A stretch of DNA of 64,000 nt. Source: the human T2T-CHM13v2.0 reference genome, Homo sapiens. The position numbers were made by a program, and so were the translations under genes. Under the pieces are notes generated by a model, which searched no databases, was not told the origin of the DNA, and saw nothing but the letters and a program-made list of their open reading frames with translations. This document shows, one piece after another, positions 56,763 through 64,000 of this stretch (within the stretch, counting starts at the first letter, position 1; every line of letters begins with the position of its first letter). The stretch lies in the NCBI RefSeq assembly GCF_009914755.1, contig NC_060925.1. One strand, written 5' to 3'.

Positions 56763-58226
56763 GAAGCTGAGGAAGAAGGCAGAGCAGAGGATGTCTCCTG
56801 GGTTCCTATCTGGGTTTCTTCCTTGGGTTCCTAAGTGCAACTGGCAGGAGTTTCCTTGGGAGCTAATCATATTCAGTGATTATGGAAGTTTGAATCTAAT
56901 CATATTATATCCCAGTTCTCCTCCCACCAGCCACACAATAGCCTCTCCCTTATTTCCATGGAGGCAAAACCACATCATAGTCAATTGAAAAATATACCTG
57001 AAGGATAAAAAATTTCAAGAACAATCAAGAGTGGAGATGGAAGAGAAAGGATAAGAACTAATTTTATAGTAGGATTGGGAAGGTCCCCCCAAATTGCACC
57101 CACTTCCCTTTTGCCTAGTCAAGATTATAGGTTCCTGGGTCCCTTCACTGTGCACAGGAATGTACCTGCTGGTTGATTTCAGACTGAAACAAAGAGTAGA
57201 GCTTCTGGTTCTTGTTCTAAATCTTGTTATTAAACTCTTCTCCTGGGCCTAAATTTTTCTCAAGCTCTTTGCATTGTAGGTATGTAGAATATATTTTTCT
57301 CTACAATTTCCACAGCTTAAAGTCTTTTTGTTTAAGTTTAGCAGGCAGAATTTCTTAAATAAACTTTAAGCTGACACTACTGCCTGTGTAGGTAAGAACC
57401 CCCATCCATCATCCACTGTCCGGCCCCAAACCACTGATGTGTTTCTAGCACCACCACCTGGGAACTGGTGGTATCAAAAGATCAGAGCTACCTGGGCTAT
57501 GCCTTGGCAAGGAGCACAAGGTGCGTCCTTTGTGAGGCACACACTAGGACTAGGTTTCCATTTCTTTATTTTGAGAGATTAGGTAAACCTTCTCCTTGTC
57601 CGCTGACCAGCCCAGGAAGTCTTGGTGGTGAAGAGAAGAAAAGGATGTAGCTTTTCTTACATCCAATAAGATAAACAAATGCAGCTAGAGGACAAAAGAC
57701 TGGATAAACTGCCACAGGATGGTCGATATGCATTGACCTAGAAAGAGACAGAATCCCCTCTACATCATTCCTGGAGGTGACAGCTCCCCAGGAGGTTTTC
57801 TGTGACCCACTCACCCCCACCGATCATCCAAATGGATTTCCACAGCACGCTGAACAAACTTCAGCCATATTTCCCCACACTTAGCTCTGTGCCTCAACAT
57901 CAGTGACCACACTCACTCTTGCCTAGACTGCAGAGTATTTGTCCAGGTTGCTCTGTATCTTCATTCCCTATGCTGCCCTCAAACATGTGCATGCACACAC
58001 ACTCACACGCACACACATGCACACATGAGGACACAGGCATGCATATGCACACACAGGGTCTAGCCTCTGGGAGAGGCTCAATGACTTTAAACTTCATTTA
58101 ATCCTAAAGAGCAGAGCTAGAGGTGGTGTGAGTTAATGTTAAGCGATTTCATTTCAAGTCTCCGAAAGAGATGGTGGGATTGGGGTGGGGGCATATGAAA
58201 GATGCTAAACACCCAGCCCAGGAATC

Positions 58227-58304
58227 CTTATAGAAGAACTGTTTCCTGGAGATGAGGAGCTCAGCAAGTCCATTCTGCTTGTCTCCTCTCAGACACCAGG
58301 AAGT
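58227..58304 (+). promoter_or_regulatory. Candidate decayed TATA, exon 1 and splice donor of SPRR-like relic B
   Basis: CCTTATAGAAGAACT matches the SPRR2G TATA context CCTTATAAAAGGACT at 13/15. CCAG|G-AAGT lies 71 nt after the TATA, versus 69 nt (SPRR2G) and 72 nt (SPRR2C). Confidence 0.55.
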
Positions 58305-59091
58305 CCCAAAGACCTGAGGTGCTGCTGAGTAAATTAGACCTGCCTCCATATCCCTTTCTCTCACTCCCACATCTCCATCCAGGGCAGCTATCAAACTGGA
58401 ACCCCACTGGGGGCTTAGAGCAATCATACCTCCTCAGGTCTATGAGGGCTGCATGGACACCAGAGCCCCTTGCACACTTCCTGGCCACCATGCTCCAGCC
58501 CACAAGATGACAGCTGTAGATGAAGAAACCAAAGACACAGATCACAGACATGATTCTCTTCGACCTGAGCTGGAACTTAACTTTCTTGGATCCCATGCTT
58601 TGCTCCTCCTTCTGCATCATCTTGAGCTTGTACCCAGGCTAGGGTAAAAAAGGCCTGGGAATTTTACTCTTTCTGATGTTCAATTCTGATTCAATGATAC
58701 AATGTCAAACTGACATGTATTAACCTCCTGAAAAAAAAAGAGAGATCAGATTTTAAAGTAACTAGGAATAGCATAGATGAAGAAGAGAAACAGTCAATAA
58801 TAGGAGAAAAGACAAAATGTCTGCATAACTATTAATAGAATATATCAAAACACAGGAAAATTTGCATGACATTCTAAAAGTCATTTAGTCCTGCCTCCCA
58901 TCAAATTATTCTCCACCAAAAGGCCTTCAAAAGATTAGTTGGCACTTCATTAAACACTTGCTGGGCCAGACAGTTGATAAACTTAGGAAGTGCTGCTACT
59001 GGCCTGAGAAGAGGGTGTTAGCAACTTCTTCCTTACCTCCTGCCACTTCCACCCACATGTGCTGCTCCCACTCTCTGGAACTTTTGGGAGC

Positions 59092-59134
59092 ATGTCTTCA
59101 TAAGGTACAGCCTTGAATTATGTGCAGACTTGTG
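59092..59134 (+). repeat. Copy 2 of the 43-bp local duplication
   Basis: Aligns to 56720-56762. Confidence 0.9.
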
Positions 59135-59583
59135 CTCCCTCCTCCAAACTTTTCCTTCCTCAGACTAAAACTCCCCTACTCCACTTTCCATTTTTTAACA
59201 GGCACTCTATCTTGGTGCTTCCCAAACTTTTTGCTTTTTTTCTGAATCATTGCAATGTGAGAATGATTGTCTCAGACAGCAGCATCCGTAACCAGCCTCA
59301 GCCCTCTGAGTTTGGAGTAGACATGGGCAGGCATCGGCTCCTTGGTGCAGCCCCAGAGATACTCCCCTTGGCTGAGTGCTGTGCTCCAATGGAGGCAACC
59401 ATGGCTTTGATCATGGCAGTGAGTGAGTGGGAGTGAAGGTCTTAGTCCCCAAGGATGGAGAATTAGGGAGAGGAGAGGGAATATCTCACATGTGAACATT
59501 CAGGAGGAAGCTCCTCCACTGCTGTCACTAAAGCATAAAAGTTTATCTCCTGTTTTTTGCAGTGTATCATCAACACAGGAAAG

Positions 59584-59719
59584 ATGACCTAGCAGCAGCT
59601 GCAGCAGTGCCAGATCCCCTGCCAGTCCCCTTCTGGGTCCCCAAGCCCTGCTCTGTACCCCACAGCTGGCAGAAGTGGACTTCCTCTCCATGCTAACAGG
59701 AATACCACCAAAGCCAAAG
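59584..59719 (+). pseudogene. Decayed SPRR-like gene (relic B), coding exon
   Basis: CACTAA (59526-59531), TTTTTTGCAG acceptor (59561-59562), 21 nt, then ATG. With two frameshifts it reads MT*QQLQQCQIPCQSPS/VPKPCSVPHSWQKWTSSPC*QEY/PKPK. Confidence 0.75.
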
Positions 59720-60589
59720 AGGCTCTTCTGAAGCCTCCCTTCCCCGCAGCATCTAGGCAGTACGTTGCTCCCTGCACCCTCTCCAATCTCTTTCTTCCAG
59801 AATCACAAAGCCCAGAAATTACCTTTCATCTACTGAAAGAGAAAGATACCTTCATAGACCAACAATCTGAGAGCAGTTCATCAAGGGTATCCTCCCGGCT
59901 CCTCCTCCAAGCAAGGATTGGACACGTGGGCCATGTTTCGGTCTTCTTTGGTAAACAGCAGACCTGCTCTCCATTCTCTATTTTGACACTGTGTGGTCAG
60001 GACCAGTCAGTTCATCTAACTGTTGCCTCCACCACCACTACTGCCACTGCTGGCTCAAGAAGGCATCTCAAGTATGGAGTTTTCCTTCCTTAGCTCTCTG
60101 TACCCCTGGGTTCCACCATTTTGGGGGTCTTAAGTAGCAAGGATGATCGAAATTCTAAGAAAGAAAAACTGCTTTAGACAATGGTAAAGTCTTAAGAATT
60201 TTCTCTTTCCAATCCTTCAGCTTCAATCAAGACAATTACAACATTTATTTATCACCTCCTCTCCTAAGAGAGCTGACCCCTCAGTCTGCTCCTAAGCCTG
60301 TTTTGAACATGCTGAGATGACTCTTCCTTTCCTCTAGAGGCATGGGGACTCTATCTCACTCATCACACACACCTCCTTCCCTCGTGCTCCCACCCTGAGC
60401 ACCCCACAGCCCACAAGACCCCAACTCTCATGAGCAACAAGGAGAAGACCTTCCCAGGCCACTGGGCCTCCATAGGTGGTGAGTGACTCCTCCCAGGTCC
60501 TTCCCAGAAAACAGCAGGAATTAGACAAAAGTACACTCAGGACCTTCCTGGGGGCCAGGTGTACCATCCTTCCCCTTCCTTATCCTCTT

Positions 60590-61045
60590 TTTAAATTTAT
60601 TTATATTTTTGTGGTAAGAATATTTAACATGAGCTCTATCCTCTTAACAAATTGTAAGTGTATTAATACAATGCAATATTGTTGACTATGGGTACAAAGT
60701 TGTTCAGCAGATCTCTAGAGCTTATTCATCTTACTTAATTATTTTATGCCTGTTGATTAATAACTCATTTCATCCTCCCCCTGTCCCTGGTAACCACTGT
60801 TACAGCCTTTGATTTAATGAATTTGACTATTTTTAGATACTTGATGTAAGTGGAATGATGCAGTATTTGTCTTTCTGTATTTGACTTATTTCACTGCATA
60901 ATGTCCTCAAGGGCCATTTATGTTGTTGAATAAGGCAGAATTTCTTTCCTTTTTAAGACTGGATAGTATTCTATCATGTGTATATACCACATTTTCTTCA
61001 TTCATCTGTTGATGGACATTTAGGTTATTTTCACATCTTAGCTAA
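60590..61045 (-). mobile_element. L1MA-like 3' end
   Basis: TTTTGTGGTAAGAATATTTAACATGAG...CAGCAGATCTCTAGAGCTTATTCATCTT. Confidence 0.8.
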
Positions 61046-61682
61046 AGTTTGATTAGATAAAGCTGCTTATTCCAACTGCTACTGTTCCAGCCCATGCTGC
61101 CTCCTGTGGCAAAAGAAGATCATTAGGGAAACACAGTGCTGCCTCCCACTTTATTAAAAAATATGAAGACCTTGTAAAGCTGGTTAAGAAATTGACAAGA
61201 ACTACTTCAAATCATCTGAAAATGTCCCCCAAATTTCCTGACTTTGTGATCCCACACTCAGTGAAGGAAATGGGTCTCTGCTTTTCACTGCCTTCCTTAC
61301 CTGTGCAAAGAGATCTCGCTTTGTGCCCTGAGCCTGCAGAAGTCACTCTCAACCTGCTGAGGGATTTTCTCTTCATCTCTGCTCTCTCCATTAAGACATC
61401 TGCCCCAGTGGGTCCCCAGTTTATTGCCCTTGCTTGTAGCTGGGAAGGTGATGGTGTCACAGGAGGAAAAAGGAAACAGAAGCCTGGTGGGCACCTTAGG
61501 AGGAGCCCTCAGGTAAAATGTGGACTCCACAGAGGAGTCCGGTAGAGCTTCACTCAAGAGAATGACTCCCATTTACCCACAGGATCCTTCCCTACCATGC
61601 CTGGCCCAGCTACCTCCCTGCCAAGTCCACTCCATCCTGTGTCCTCCCCAGTTCTCCTGAAGTGGGTCTCCCCAGGCAGAGA

Positions 61683-61683
<1 letters not shown>

Positions 61684-61722
<39 letters not shown>
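61684..61722. repeat. (TG)n microsatellite
   Basis: Read directly. Confidence 0.95.
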
Positions 61723-61726
<4 letters not shown>

Positions 61727-62049
61727 TGGAGGATGAAGAGGAGGTGCAGGGCAAGATAAACCCTAGCTGCAGGGAAGGGGAGATGGACACTCGCTGAAGC
61801 TTGAGTCCATCTCTGCTTGGGAGCCTGGATCAGATGGCGGCTGTATCCTGGACAAATCCAACAAGATCTGGGATTTTCAGCCTACACAGCCCAGCGGTAC
61901 CTGCCTCCTGGAATCTCTGGGCCTCATACAGATATATTCATGTTGGAAGCTGACCCTGAGAAACAGATCTCCATCTCCATAAAGTTGGATCTCCCTCCTC
62001 TGACAGACAGTTTATTTGATTCTTATCTCCCCTGCTGAACTTTGTCTTG

Positions 62050-63600
62050 TATATCCATTCATTTATTTCCCAAATATTCACTGAGCATCTATTATATGTC
62101 AGGCCCTGGCCCAGCACTAAAGATGCAAAGAATAATAAGAAAGCCCTTTCCTGGATTAGGGCACTGTATGAGACAGAAGACAGCATTGCCCCCCGGCAGA
62201 ACAGGTGGGGAGTCAATCCATGGGGAGCACATCAGGCATGTTCAGAGATGGTATCTCTTAACTGCAGCAGGGTGGGGGTCCAGAGCAGTCCACATGGAAG
62301 GTGGAATTTTCAAATTGTATATAGAAGATAAAAAATAAATATTAATAAGGCAAAAAGGAGGGTGATACTCCAGTTAGAGAGAAAAGCAATTGCGAAACCA
62401 TTGAAATATTATTCCATCTCCTTATTGACAAGAAGCATTAACTATTGCCTGGCCAACATGTGCCAAGACACACACTGGACACTGCAGAAACAGAGATTTT
62501 AAAAAGTAATTGGTTCCTGATCTCTACACTACATCATGTGAGAGAGTAGATCAGGAAGTAAATAACTACAAAATATGGGGATAAAAATTTCAGAATGAGC
62601 TTGGCTAAGGCAACTAACTGCCTGGGAAGGTGAGAGAAATCATGCCCAAGGAGAATTTCCTATGAGTTCAAGGTTGAGGAGGAGAGAGGGAGGACTCGGC
62701 TGGCAGAGCAAAAACTCGGAGTTTAAAAAAATAAAAAAAGTCTAGCATATTTTGGAAACTGCAAGTAGCTTTACCCCAGAATCTACGGTAAAAGTAGAAG
62801 ACCGAGCTGAAAGTAGACACCAGATTAGTAAGAGTTTTGTTGACCCAACCAAGAGCCTTGGGCCTCATCTTAAATTCAATAGTAAAATTAAGCTTTTGTT
62901 TTATAAAATTCACTTCGGCAATGCTGTGGGGGTTGAATTAGTGGTGAGACTCTTTGGAGACAGGGAGACCTGTGATGATGATGCCACAATAAAGGCAGCA
63001 ACCACGGCTGTGAGAGAATGGGGGACCAACTTGAGAGAAATGTGCCTGCAGCTCCCAAACACACCCTGGCTTAGAAGCCTGTGGCTCAGGAGGTAGAATC
63101 TGCAGATCCTGATAGCACATTTGGTGTGAGGTTGAGTAGGAAGCAAGAGTCTGGGATGATCCCAGGTTTCTTGTTAAGTCTTGGTGGACAGGATGCTATT
63201 CACAGAGTCGGAGCCCATAAGAGGAGCAAGAGGGGCATGTTAGGAAAAATGTGGAAGGTGTTGAACTCTGATTTTGTAAAATCAGCTTGAGGTACCAAAG
63301 TACATCCAATGGATGTTAGTATTGGGACCTAAAGCTCAGGGAAGAGGGTGGGCTTTGGGATTCTCTATGCAGAGCTGGTACTTTCAGCAATGGTGGATAA
63401 TAATATCAGCAGCAAGGGTGAAAAATGAAGGTGCAGGTGATGTTGAAAGGATTCAACAGAGGAGAAAGGGCTCGGGAAGGAGAGTAGATGAGGCTGTAAG
63501 TGGGAGTCTACCCATGTCACAGAGGACCAAAAGGGAAGAGGGTTAAAATATAGGACACAACTGTAACAATTACTGCAGTAAAGTCAAATAGGATAAACCC
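62050..63600 (-). mobile_element. L2 fragments
   Basis: CATTCATTTATT..AATATTCACTGAGCATCTATTATATGTCAGGC (antisense L2 3' end), followed by purine-rich L2-like blocks. Confidence 0.55.
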
Positions 63601-64000
63601 TGAACCATGTCCATGAGGATTTCGTAGAACATTCTTCCCCCTTTATATAATGAATGAGCAAAAATACACAAATATCAAGAAAAACTTACGCAATGGTGAT
63701 TGATAAACAGTGAAAGGGGAGGATGTATATCTGGTTCCCATGGGCCAGATATGAGCCATAAGGGAGGGAAAACTGGCTGTCCAGGTGGTCTAAAATCCTG
63801 TCCAAGAGGTGAAGATGAGGAATACCAGCCAAGAGAAGCTGTAGGAGAGCTTGCCAATGCCTAGGCGCTACAGGAGCCATGCACAGCTAGACAAAGCAGA
63901 CATGCCTGTTATACTAAAGAACTGTGGCCAACACCCAGCCAGCAGGGAGAGGAGAGTCTGTGAAGGACACATTCAAGTTCTCCACGGGAGAAAGGTCAGC

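Noticed and set aside
61192-61797. TGCCCTGAGCC (CPEP) motif and CCCACAG plus ACCATG ORF as EDC relics
   Set aside because: Single short motifs expected by chance; the second ORF is extended by a (TG)n repeat.

Overview
Primate (almost certainly human) genomic DNA from the epidermal differentiation complex (EDC, 1q21.3), at the distal end of the SPRR2 cluster. There is one intact protein-coding gene, SPRR2G (minus strand, two exons, CDS 14707-14928), and the SPRR2C pseudogene (minus strand, TAG at codon 6, TATA box changed to TGTGAA). The rest is mostly interspersed repeats: a near full-length L1PA7/8-like element, older L1M and L2 pieces, a complete THE1-type MaLR provirus, solo LTRs, Alus and DNA-transposon MITEs. 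The main non-obvious result is two decayed SPRR-like genes on the PLUS strand, at 54650-54825 and 59584-59719, which the ORF track misses. Both keep the EDC exon-2 layout (branch site, acceptor, 20-21 nt, start codon), and the second also keeps a TATA/exon-1/donor module with SPRR2-like spacing. Both carry a TAG at codon 3. The reconstructed proteins combine SPRR1-type 8-residue VPEPC repeats with SPRR2-type head and tail domains, suggesting an extinct SPRR subfamily. The window also shows several unusual insertion or repair scars: an internal L1 fragment with a 13-bp TSD and no tail, half a MADE1 inside an L1's TSD pair, template-switch palindromes, and short local duplications. Repeat subfamily names come from recalled consensus sequences and their boundaries are approximate; no database was searched.
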